DNA of 64,000 nucleotides from Candidatus Iainarchaeum sp. (GTDB lineage Archaea; Iainarchaeota; Iainarchaeia; Iainarchaeales; UBA10191). The position numbers and the translations under genes are program-made. The stretch is taken from assembly GCA_030649735.1 (NCBI GenBank), contig JAUSFL010000008.1:85141-149140 (forward strand), in the 5' to 3' direction. Positions within the stretch are counted from its first letter, which is position 1; every line of letters begins with the position of its first letter. Positions 28,808 to 37,458 of this stretch are shown here, piece after piece. The notes under the pieces were generated by a model. It ran no database searches. It had not been told where the DNA came from and saw only the letters and a program-made list of their open reading frames with translations.

Positions 28808-29677
28808 TTAATTCTTGGCTTTTTTCAAGTGATGCTTGAATGACTCAAACATTAAAGGGAACAGGAAACTCACCCAAAAGCCCATTATTGCCAGGACAAT
28901 GAATTTTTGGTCAGGGCTTCCTTGCCTGCTGGCAAAGTACAAGACTCCAATTCCAACAAACCCCAAAAACTTTCTTTTCAGGCTTTTGCCAGACTGTTCA
29001 AACCGCAATTCCTTCCACAGGCTATATCCCGCAAAATAGCCTATCACTACTGCCGCAAGGACAAACTCCTGCAAAAACAGCACAATAAGGAAAGACGCTG
29101 CAATGAAAGAGAAAAGCAAGAGCTCTTCCCTAATCTTTGAAAGCCGGAAGTGCATGTGCTCGGTTTTTTTCCTGAACCACAAGTTGAATTTTCCCACTAA
29201 AAGGCCCAAAACCAGTCCTGCAATGACATCGCTCAAGAAATGCGCGCCCAAGTAAATTCTTGAAAAAGCAACCGCTAAAGCGCCAGTGAAAACCAGGATT
29301 TTCCAGTTTTTTTCAAGGCCGTTTTCCAAGTAAGCGAAAACAGCGCCCGCTAGGGTTGAATGGCCTGAAGGAAAAGAATAGTCTGTGCGAACATGGCTCT
29401 CGAGGCCATTAATGCCCGCGTTGTAAAAGCTTGGCCTTAATCTTTTGAAAGCGTTCTTTAATCCTTCAGAAACAACCGCGGCAAAGACAATCAGGCTGAT
29501 GAAGTAAAAGCTTTCCTTTTCCTTTTTGCTCCAGTAAAGCCATGCCGCAATGAACATTATTCCGGCAGAGCTGAAGACAAAGCTCGCGCCTTTCATTAGC
29601 AAAGTGAATGCTGGATTAATCCAGGACTGGACTGCCAGAGAGAACGCAATGTCAAATGGAAGAATGCTTTCAAACAA
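28808..29677 (-). CDS. PAP2-family membrane phosphatase
   Basis: KNAFKRLRP, SFPSGH, SRIYLGAHFLSDV. Confidence 0.92.
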   Translation of the reverse strand: MFESILPFDIAFSLAVQSWINPAFTLLMKGASFVFSSAGIMFIAAWLYWSKKEKESFYFISLIVFAAVVSEGLKNAFKRLRPSFYNAGINGLESHVRTDYSFPSGHSTLAGAVFAYLENGLEKNWKILVFTGALAVAFSRIYLGAHFLSDVIAGLVLGLLVGKFNLWFRKKTEHMHFRLSKIREELLLFSFIAASFLIVLFLQEFVLAAVVIGYFAGYSLWKELRFEQSGKSLKRKFLGFVGIGVLYFASRQGSPDQKFIVLAIMGFWVSFLFPLMFESFKHHLKKAKN

Positions 29678-29687
29678 TATAATTCAC

Positions 29688-30257
29688 CTAATTGGCGCTC
29701 CAGTATTTTTGGAATTCTTCCTCAAATTTTCCGGCAAGCGCTGAGTCATTGACAATCAATAAATTCTCTGCGTTTCCAGAATCAGCGTTTTGCGTGTAAT
29801 TAAAGCTTCCGGTGCTGAATTCAACCCCGTCAATTATTGAGACCTTGTTGTGCAATATGTGGTTGCCTGGAAGATTGACTCGCTTCAGGATTATTCCATT
29901 TTCAAGCAAAAACTCGTCCTTTGCGTCCTTTAATCCGGCCTGTGAATTGTCTATCAAGACTTTCACTTCAATTCCGCGGTTTTTCGCGTCAATTAATGCC
30001 TGCGCGATTTCTTCTTTGGTGAAAGAGTAAATCATCACGTGAATGCTTTTCTTTGAAGCAGCGTAAAAATCAACCAGCTTTTGCGAACAGTCATCTTGCG
30101 GGCAAAAATAAACTTTTGCATTTTTTGAGTCAATTGTTCCCGCGGACGATTGGACCGCAAATGCTGTTGGGGAATAAATGTCCGGCAAAAGAAAAGGAAT
30201 GATTGCCCCAATCGCAAAGCCCAAAATAACCAAGAGAATTATTGCGTTGAATTTCAT
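29688..30257 (-). CDS. Membrane-anchored PLD-family (Nuc-like) protein
   Basis: Single HKD motif HNKVSIID...GSFNYT; N-terminal TM. Confidence 0.88.
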   Translation of the reverse strand: MKFNAIILLVILGFAIGAIIPFLLPDIYSPTAFAVQSSAGTIDSKNAKVYFCPQDDCSQKLVDFYAASKKSIHVMIYSFTKEEIAQALIDAKNRGIEVKVLIDNSQAGLKDAKDEFLLENGIILKRVNLPGNHILHNKVSIIDGVEFSTGSFNYTQNADSGNAENLLIVNDSALAGKFEEEFQKYWSAN

Positions 30258-31036
30258 TTTTTGACACCGTGAATTATTGTTCCCGGGTTTTTCCCGCAAG
30301 TTATTTCCCTAATGATTCCTTTCCTTCCCTTGCAGATAATGCAGTCAATTCCTTCAAGCGCCACTTTTTTCGCGGCTGAAACCTTTGTCAGGAAGCCTCC
30401 ACGGCCCCTGGCTGAAGCGCCGCCGGCATTAATTCCCTTTAAGTCTTCAATGTTTTTAACTTCTTTCACAAACTTTGCGTCCTTGTTGGCTTTCGGGTTT
30501 TCCAAAAAAATGCCTTCAACGTCAGTAGCCAAAACCAGCATGCTTGCCTTGCAGTGGCTTGCAACCAATGCCGATAGGGAGTCATTGTCTGAAAATTCCT
30601 TTTTCACTTTCAATTCCCTGGTGCTTACTGAATCATTCTCGTTGATTATTGGGAGAACATTCAGGCTGAAAAGCTTTTCCAAAGTGCTTTTCAAGTTTTG
30701 CAGCTGTTCCTTGTTTGAAAAGTTTTCCTGCGTCAAGAGCAATTGCGCGATTGTTTGATTGTATTTTGAGAATTCCCTTTCATAATTTTTCATCAGGATG
30801 CTTTGGCCAATTGCAGCGCACGCCTGCTGTTCTTCCAGCTTCAGGCCATTATTGTCAAGCCCCAGCTTTTCCAGGCCCAATCCAATCGAGCCGCTTGTCA
30901 CAATCGCGAACTCAAATCCTTTCTTCTTGAATTCCATGATGTCTTTCGCAAAATCAGCAATCAGGCTTTTGTCGAGCCTGCCGTTTTTCATTATGGCATT
31001 GGTGCCAATCTTGACAATAATTCTCTTTCCCATCAA
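30254..31036 (-). CDS. proB: Glutamate 5-kinase (no PUA domain)
   Basis: VKIGT, TSGSIGLG, QACAAIGQ, PIINEND, DNDSLSA. Confidence 0.93.
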   Translation of the reverse strand: MMGKRIIVKIGTNAIMKNGRLDKSLIADFAKDIMEFKKKGFEFAIVTSGSIGLGLEKLGLDNNGLKLEEQQACAAIGQSILMKNYEREFSKYNQTIAQLLLTQENFSNKEQLQNLKSTLEKLFSLNVLPIINENDSVSTRELKVKKEFSDNDSLSALVASHCKASMLVLATDVEGIFLENPKANKDAKFVKEVKNIEDLKGINAGGASARGRGGFLTKVSAAKKVALEGIDCIICKGRKGIIREITCGKNPGTIIHGVKK

Positions 31037-31159
31037 AAAGCCTTATTTTAGAATTAGAAGCAAAAGGCTTAAATCATTGTTTTAAATTCTGCGGGTTTTA
31101 ATTGCATTCAATCATTCGCCAGAAAGCTTAATTCAATGTTTTTTTCAACAGCATTGTTT

Positions 31160-34100
31160 TCAGCAAGTTTGCCCTAAGTATTTTGCGACTTCCTGCAGGT
31201 CTTGAATGTTCACGCCATTATTTCCAGCAACGTCTGCAGGATCGCCTGCAGGGTTTCCTAAGCGTATTGCGACAAAAACCAAGTCAAAAACATTGACTTT
31301 CTTGTCTCCAGTCAAGTCATAGCAGTTTGCAATCTGGATCTCATAAGTTATGTAAAGGGCAGGCCGCTTTGAGGCGTTTGCATATTCTTTGGTTGCCGTG
31401 CTGTCCTTGCGTGTTCCAGTGGTTGCAGAGTACATTTCAAGCACAAAGCCCTCATACTTTCCATTTTGTGCGCGTATATCAGTTATGGCTTGGGCAATGT
31501 TTGTTGAATTGTAATCGCCCGCGGCTTTTGCGAAATGAATTTTTCCCACGGCTGTTCCTGAATAAGTCGAGGCAAGGTCTCCTGAAGAAAACCTGCCCGG
31601 AAGGCCTGACCATGCATATCTTGGCTTTGACCCGGCAATGTTGTCTTTTCTTGCCCATGATGTTCCATGGTACTGGTCGTAATAGTTTACGCCAGAGCCT
31701 TCCACCCAAATGATTCCATCATTTGGGGGCAGAGTTTTCGCCAGATAAATTGGAATGTCTCCTGCTTGGTCAAAATCTGACGAGATTGAATAAAGGCTTA
31801 TGCGCGAGTCAATTATTTTTGCGCCTGAAGGAATTCCTGAAAGGTCAAACCAGTAAAGCCCTGTGTCGTCCTTGTACCTGTACTGCATGTTTGTTGCTGA
31901 ACCTCTCTCGTAATAAGAGGCGTTTTCACTGTTGTCAAAAAGGCTCGTGTCCTTGGCGCCAGTGTAATTGATTATTCCTAATTTGGGGACTGGCTGGCCG
32001 TACTGCAGCTTTACTCTTGCAAGATTCAATTCGTTCACTGCCTTGACTGTAATTGTTATGTTTTGGGAAGCAGTGCCGCCCTTGCCGTCGCTTGCTGAAA
32101 AAACTAAATTGTATGCTCCTGCTGCAGAGTAGGATGGCGTCCAGGAAAAAGCGCCAGTGTTCTCGTCAAAAATCGAGCCTTGCGTGGCTCCGGAAACCGA
32201 GTAATGGATTGCATCATCAATGTCCGGGTCTAAAGCAGAAAGTTGCAAGTCCAGGGTTTGGCCTTCGTAAATGTTTTGGTCCAAAATTGCTTCAAGTGTT
32301 GGCGAAGTGTTTGCTTTTGTGGAAGCGCTTGCGGACGAAGATTTTGATGATTCATTGCCGCTTGTGTCATAAGCCGAAATACTGTAATTATACCTTGTGG
32401 AAGAGTTCAACCCAGTGTCAAGATAATAATCCATTGTCGTGAATGCTACCGGACTGCTGTTCCTGTAAACAGTGTAGCCCAAAATGCCTTCAGTCGCATT
32501 ATCTGCCGTGGGACTCCATTTCAAGGCTATTCTAGTGGAGGCAATTGTCATTGCATTAAGGCCTGCCGGAATGCTTGGCGCCTGCAAGTCATAGCCTACT
32601 TCAAAGGCTCCAATGTCAGGCCCGCTTCCAGAATAATTGTCATTGATTCCCAAAAGCCTTGACGCCGCATTAATGGCAGGCGAGCTTGAGTTTGGAACAG
32701 CAAAGTAAGTCCCGTTTGTTTGGCCAGGGATTGCCGGATTGTCAGTTGCGGTTAGGCCATTTATGCGGCGAATGTCCCATTGCGGGCTTGCGTAAATTCC
32801 GTGCGGTTCTTCAGGAATTGTCAATTGGTCAGGGCAAGTGTAGTTTATGTCAGGGTTTGCTGTCCAGCTTTTGAATGCTTCAAAGCTCGTGAAATACCTG
32901 GAGTCGTCTTCTCCCGGAATTCCATTATGGTTTGTGAAGCCCCACTTGAATATTGTGTCCTGGCCGGGCGTAAGCGTTGAAGACCACATCAAGTCATTGT
33001 CAAAATTGTGGTTTGTGTGAAAATACTCGCATGGGTAATTCGAGGCAATGTCTGTTCCGTAAACCCTGTTGAAAGAATTCACAATGTTGTTCCTTAGCAC
33101 AATGTTCTTGCTTTTTGCAGGAGTCCCCCTGTAAATTGCAGAGTATGTCCAAGAGCCCGGACTGCCCTCCTGGATTGAATTCTGGTAAAGTAAAATGTTC
33201 CTTGTTTGGCCTTCAACGCCAGTGTGGAGCTTTAGGGCATTCTCCAAGTAGCCAGTGATGTAGTTTCTCACGACAAAGTAAGGCCCTGGATAAAGCGGGG
33301 CAAAAGAAAGCGCGTTCTGGCATCTGCCCAGAATATTGCCGAAAATCCTTCCATTAGACATGTGGCCGTCGGTTTCAATGCAGTCGTCCGAAAGCCAGTA
33401 AATCAAGTTGTTGTAAATGTCCAATTCCCTGTTTGGCCAAGTGGCCAGAACATTCGGGTCGTTTTCATTCAGTATTGGCGCCATGCCTTCGTCCCCGCCT
33501 GGCGAAATGCCGTCGGCAACACCAGTAATGACATTGTTCCTTATTGTAGTGTAGCCACCGACCCCATAATTTTGTTTTATGCCGTAATAAGTCTGCCTTT
33601 CTGCCCCGTTAACAATTTCAAACTGGCCGTGATCAAGGTCTGCAATGTAATTTCCTAGCAAGAGGTTTCCTCCAACTGCCTTGCCTAATGGGGATTCTTC
33701 AGAATGCGTAATCGTGATCAAGCCTTCCCCGGCTGGCGCGCCCAAATAATCTGTCAGCCTGTTATTGACTAGGTCAATATAGTTTCCGCCGCGAATGCCA
33801 ATTGGCGACGCGCTCTCGACATTCAAGCCGTAAAATGTGAGGTAAGAAGAGCCGCTCACGTAAATTTGGCCATGAATGGTTGCACGGTCAAGTGAATCAT
33901 AGCTTGTGAATGCAGCTCTTGATGATTCTGAAAAGCGCTTGTTGCTCAAAGAAAACCCGCTGTAAATGCCCGGTTTTAACAGCACGCGGTCGCCGGCCTG
34001 CAGATTGCTTGCTGCAAAATTAAGTTCAGAATCATTTGAAACAATGACTGTCCTGACTGCAGCAGGCAGGCTCCATTCTGGCTTTGTCAAGAATGCGGCA

Positions 34101-34453
34101 GTGCCTTGATCAACCATGTTGCCGCCCGCGTCAAAAATATCAATTCTCACGTCATAACTGGTGTTTTCCGAAAGATTGAAAATGCTTGTCGCAAGGTTTG
34201 ATGCGTCATACCTTACGAGCGGATTCACTTCAATGTAAGAGCCGGAATTGTGCGGCTTTATGTAAGCTCTTCCTGTTTCATTGTTGTTCAGCGTGCCGAG
34301 TGAAACATTGATTCCGCCGGAAATGTAATTGCCGTACGCGTCAATTTTGCTGATTGCCTGCCCTGACGCTAAATTGCCGGCTGCCAGAACAAGAGTTAAA
34401 GCTGTGAGACAGGCAAACATCAAATGATTAAGGCATGGGCGTGATTTTTGCAT
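31160..34453 (-). CDS. Large secreted beta-helix (polysaccharide lyase-like) protein with FN3, Ig-like, DNRLRE-like and dockerin-like domains
   Basis: Signal peptide; LQAGDRVLLKPGIY; beta-helix repeats; PDIGAFE; FN3 (YSISAYDTSGNES); FSWTP Ig module; C-terminal DLTGDKKVNVFDL duplication. Confidence 0.75.
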   Translation of the reverse strand: MQKSRPCLNHLMFACLTALTLVLAAGNLASGQAISKIDAYGNYISGGINVSLGTLNNNETGRAYIKPHNSGSYIEVNPLVRYDASNLATSIFNLSENTSYDVRIDIFDAGGNMVDQGTAAFLTKPEWSLPAAVRTVIVSNDSELNFAASNLQAGDRVLLKPGIYSGFSLSNKRFSESSRAAFTSYDSLDRATIHGQIYVSGSSYLTFYGLNVESASPIGIRGGNYIDLVNNRLTDYLGAPAGEGLITITHSEESPLGKAVGGNLLLGNYIADLDHGQFEIVNGAERQTYYGIKQNYGVGGYTTIRNNVITGVADGISPGGDEGMAPILNENDPNVLATWPNRELDIYNNLIYWLSDDCIETDGHMSNGRIFGNILGRCQNALSFAPLYPGPYFVVRNYITGYLENALKLHTGVEGQTRNILLYQNSIQEGSPGSWTYSAIYRGTPAKSKNIVLRNNIVNSFNRVYGTDIASNYPCEYFHTNHNFDNDLMWSSTLTPGQDTIFKWGFTNHNGIPGEDDSRYFTSFEAFKSWTANPDINYTCPDQLTIPEEPHGIYASPQWDIRRINGLTATDNPAIPGQTNGTYFAVPNSSSPAINAASRLLGINDNYSGSGPDIGAFEVGYDLQAPSIPAGLNAMTIASTRIALKWSPTADNATEGILGYTVYRNSSPVAFTTMDYYLDTGLNSSTRYNYSISAYDTSGNESSKSSSASASTKANTSPTLEAILDQNIYEGQTLDLQLSALDPDIDDAIHYSVSGATQGSIFDENTGAFSWTPSYSAAGAYNLVFSASDGKGGTASQNITITVKAVNELNLARVKLQYGQPVPKLGIINYTGAKDTSLFDNSENASYYERGSATNMQYRYKDDTGLYWFDLSGIPSGAKIIDSRISLYSISSDFDQAGDIPIYLAKTLPPNDGIIWVEGSGVNYYDQYHGTSWARKDNIAGSKPRYAWSGLPGRFSSGDLASTYSGTAVGKIHFAKAAGDYNSTNIAQAITDIRAQNGKYEGFVLEMYSATTGTRKDSTATKEYANASKRPALYITYEIQIANCYDLTGDKKVNVFDLVFVAIRLGNPAGDPADVAGNNGVNIQDLQEVAKYLGQTC

Positions 34454-34525
34454 GAGAAACCGATTATAGGAAAAGAATTCTTTTAAATAAAAAGTTATGC
34501 GCTTTAGCGTAATTTTCAGAATAAT

Positions 34526-34599
34526 TGGGGCTGCACGGATTTGAACCGTGGTTTTACGCTCCCTAAGCGTAGGTCCTAACCAGGCTAGACTACAGCCCC
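34526..34599 (-). tRNA. tRNA-Pro(AGG)
   Basis: GGGGCTG/CAGCCCC-A acceptor; anticodon arm TACGC-TT AGG GA-GCGTA; GGTTCAAATCC. Confidence 0.9.
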
Positions 34600-34622
34600 A
34601 AAGTTTCCGTCATTTAATAAAA

Positions 34623-34693
34623 ATTGGCCTCAGTTTGCCCATCTCTCTTCATTCCCGAAGGTTGGAGTCATCGTCAGTTCATCATCGGCCAAT
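34623..34693 (-). ncRNA. Box C/D guide sRNA
   Basis: Terminal stem ATTGGCC/GGCCAAT, box C ATGATGA, C' ATGAAGA, box D CTGA, two 12-13-nt guides, degenerate D'. Confidence 0.8.
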
Positions 34694-34775
34694 AGATTGA
34701 ATGATGCAAAAGGATTTTAATGTTTTAGAGACAACAGATTGTTTATTGTTTTGGCTCTTGGCTTGTTTTTTTCCA

Positions 34776-36539
34776 TTATTTGTTCTTTTTTTGGCCTTTT
34801 GTTTTTTCGTAATAGAACACGCCAATGCCCACAATTGCAACAATCGCTATGACTGCAATTAAAGGCAGCATTCCGCCAAGAGCGTCTTCCTTGTACAATC
34901 CTGTTATTTTTGCTTCCTCGCAGGTTTTAATGTATTCCTGAGCGTAAGGCAGGCCAGGGCTCAATAAGAGAACCTGCTGCATTGCCTTTTCTGCTGTAGC
35001 GCAGTCTTTTTTGAAGAATGCTTGCACTCCTTCCTGGAATTTTGTTCCGACAATGCTCTGCTCGTTTTTCACGTTTATTTGATTCATGAATTCTTTTGCA
35101 AGGTTTATTGGCATTATGAAGTTGATGTTTTGCACTTTGTCAGAGCCGAAAGTCGCAAGGCCTATCACTTCTCCTTTATCGTTAAAGACTGGTCCGCCGC
35201 TGTTTCCGTGATTGATTGCGGCATCAGTCTGGATGACTTCAACTCCATTGGTCATTGTTCTTCTTGCGCTTACGATTCCTGAAGTGACTGTCGGCTCTAT
35301 TGTCTGCTGGTTGTCGAATAATATGTCAACGTTTGTTCCGGGATATCCTATTACAAAAATCTGTTCTCCTGTTGAAAGCTGGTCTGAATCGCCAAGCTTT
35401 AATGCCGGAAGATTTTTTTGGTTTACTTTAAGGATTGCAATGTCTTTTCCCCAGGAAATTGTTTCTGCCTTTTCGTCAATCATGTTTCCTTTGACTTTAA
35501 TGTCTGCGTTCCAGGCAACATTTACAAGAATTTGCCCTGGCAATAAAATGCCGGGGTTTGCGTAATTGTCTATTTTCAGTCCGGTTATTGAACTGTTTTT
35601 TTCAATATAGCTTATGAATTTTGCCATCAAGGCGTCAATTATTCTCTGCTTTTCTGCAGCGCTGAAATTATACCGCGATGCAACATCCTGGTAAATTTCA
35701 TCCTGTGCCTGCGCAAGCAAGCCGTTGTAAATCTTGTTTGCTGCTTCGCTTTCTGAAACAAAAACAACATGCGCGTTTGTCATGATGTATCCGTCAGGGT
35801 TTATCACAAAGCCGGTTCCTGACATTCCGGTCTTTACTGTTTTGTCAATTCTTTTAGCGCTTGCTCCTTCTTTTGGGACGAATTCCAGGCTTTCAATGAC
35901 TTGCACTGTGCCTTCATTGCCCTGCAATAATGCTTTTGCCGGCTGTTTGCCAGTTTTTTCATTGAGTTGGCTTCCTGTTCTAGTGTATGTTAAAAGAATT
36001 CCAGCCACATTTATGACAAAAGCGTTATTGTTTGAGAATGAAATTGGAAAATTGTCTGTTCTTAGATCTTGGGCAATATTGTTCATTGTTATATTTTTGT
36101 AATTTACTGTCAGCGTTGTTGCAGTTACTGAATAAATTCCAGAATAAACATAAGTTTGCCCGAGGGCCGGATAGTTCTCTCCACCACTAAAAGTTCCATC
36201 ACTATTGTAAGTAATGCTTGCTGAATACGCGCCAAGGTTTTGGATTGTTCCAGAACTCTGCCAGCTGCCTAAAATTAATTGTTGTGGAGTGTACTGTGTT
36301 CCTCCAGTGCCTGGTTGGCTTGGAGTGTTGCCCAGAGGTTGCGCTCCAGGCGCTATGATATCATAATCTGGATAGCTGATTGTTCCTGTTATTTCAGTAG
36401 CCACTATCATTATTCCTGGCTCGTAAAATTGCTTTGTTTGCTGGATGATATTTGGCTCTTTTTCAGGCCATTTCAAGGTATAACCAAAAGCCAGTGCAGA
36501 TAATAGAATGAACAGAATAATGATTGACAATTTTCTCAT
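34776..36539 (-). CDS. Membrane-anchored trypsin-like (HtrA-type, no PDZ) serine protease
   Basis: GTGFVI, TNAHVV, KDIAILK, QTDAAINHGNSGGP; signal peptide and C-terminal TM. Confidence 0.9.
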   Translation of the reverse strand: MRKLSIIILFILLSALAFGYTLKWPEKEPNIIQQTKQFYEPGIMIVATEITGTISYPDYDIIAPGAQPLGNTPSQPGTGGTQYTPQQLILGSWQSSGTIQNLGAYSASITYNSDGTFSGGENYPALGQTYVYSGIYSVTATTLTVNYKNITMNNIAQDLRTDNFPISFSNNNAFVINVAGILLTYTRTGSQLNEKTGKQPAKALLQGNEGTVQVIESLEFVPKEGASAKRIDKTVKTGMSGTGFVINPDGYIMTNAHVVFVSESEAANKIYNGLLAQAQDEIYQDVASRYNFSAAEKQRIIDALMAKFISYIEKNSSITGLKIDNYANPGILLPGQILVNVAWNADIKVKGNMIDEKAETISWGKDIAILKVNQKNLPALKLGDSDQLSTGEQIFVIGYPGTNVDILFDNQQTIEPTVTSGIVSARRTMTNGVEVIQTDAAINHGNSGGPVFNDKGEVIGLATFGSDKVQNINFIMPINLAKEFMNQINVKNEQSIVGTKFQEGVQAFFKKDCATAEKAMQQVLLLSPGLPYAQEYIKTCEEAKITGLYKEDALGGMLPLIAVIAIVAIVGIGVFYYEKTKGQKKNK

Positions 36540-36697
36540 GAAATGCCCCCTTGTTGTTTTTAAATAGGATTGGGTTATTTTTAAACATATCTGTTAATTT
36601 TAAGCGCTTGCAATAAGCTGGCAGAATTATGTGCATTTTGTCGGCCAATATTTTTTGGCTTTCTTCAAAAGGCTTTTGAGACTGGAGGAGAGTTTTG

Positions 36698-37174
36698 CTA
36701 CTCTTCCTTTTTGGCCTTTGCTTTTTTCATGCCTGGAATTTTCAAGTTGATTGTGGAATAATCAACGTACAAGCCGGCTTCTTTCATGGTTTTCTTTAAC
36801 GCGTAGACTTTGCAGAATTCAATGAGCTCATTCTTTTCCTTGGGCTGCATTCCTTCAATTTCGCAAATTTCTTTTATTACGCGGTTTATTTTGCCCGAAT
36901 TCACTGTTTCAATCAATAATGCAATGTTTTCTGCCTTTTTGCCGGCTTCAATTTCCTTTAATGCCTCGTCAAGCTTTTTCAAATCAGCAATCTTGCGCAA
37001 GTTGTCCTCGATTTTCTTGTCGAGCGAAATCCCAAGCGATGCAAGGAATTGCATTACAGTGCGCGAGTCAGTCGTTGGCTCTATCTTCAGTTTTTTTATC
37101 GCGACCCAGTCTTCATAGTTTGCAATCAATTGAATATATTTTTCGTCAGGCATTTCTCTACTCACCTTTTCCAT
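36698..37174 (-). CDS. Conserved archaeal protein, DUF2666-like
   Basis: IQLIANYEDWVAIKKLKI...FLASL resembles the family as recalled, not searched. Confidence 0.55.
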   Translation of the reverse strand: MEKVSREMPDEKYIQLIANYEDWVAIKKLKIEPTTDSRTVMQFLASLGISLDKKIEDNLRKIADLKKLDEALKEIEAGKKAENIALLIETVNSGKINRVIKEICEIEGMQPKEKNELIEFCKVYALKKTMKEAGLYVDYSTINLKIPGMKKAKAKKEE

Positions 37175-37458
37175 TAAATGTTGAAAGTGTTTTTTAAAAG
37201 CTCGCTATAGTTGATGCTTTCAGCGCTTAAGACTTTTGCCTTGAATTTTTTTGGAATTTTTCCAACTATTTCTTTAGCTTGGGTGTTTGACTTTGCAATC
37301 ACAATGGCTTTTCCATCGTCTGCCACGTGAGCCCTTAAAACTTCCTCCAATGCCATCAAATCATACTGGAGCTTTCTTTTTTCCAAATCCTTAATTCCTT
37401 TCATGCCTATCTTGAATTTTTTCAATTCCTTGAAAGTGATTTCCTGGCTTTTGTTCAT
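37174..37458 (-). CDS. Hypothetical protein
   Basis: 94 aa; overlaps both neighbours as in an operon. Confidence 0.65.
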   Translation of the reverse strand: MNKSQEITFKELKKFKIGMKGIKDLEKRKLQYDLMALEEVLRAHVADDGKAIVIAKSNTQAKEIVGKIPKKFKAKVLSAESINYSELLKNTFNI

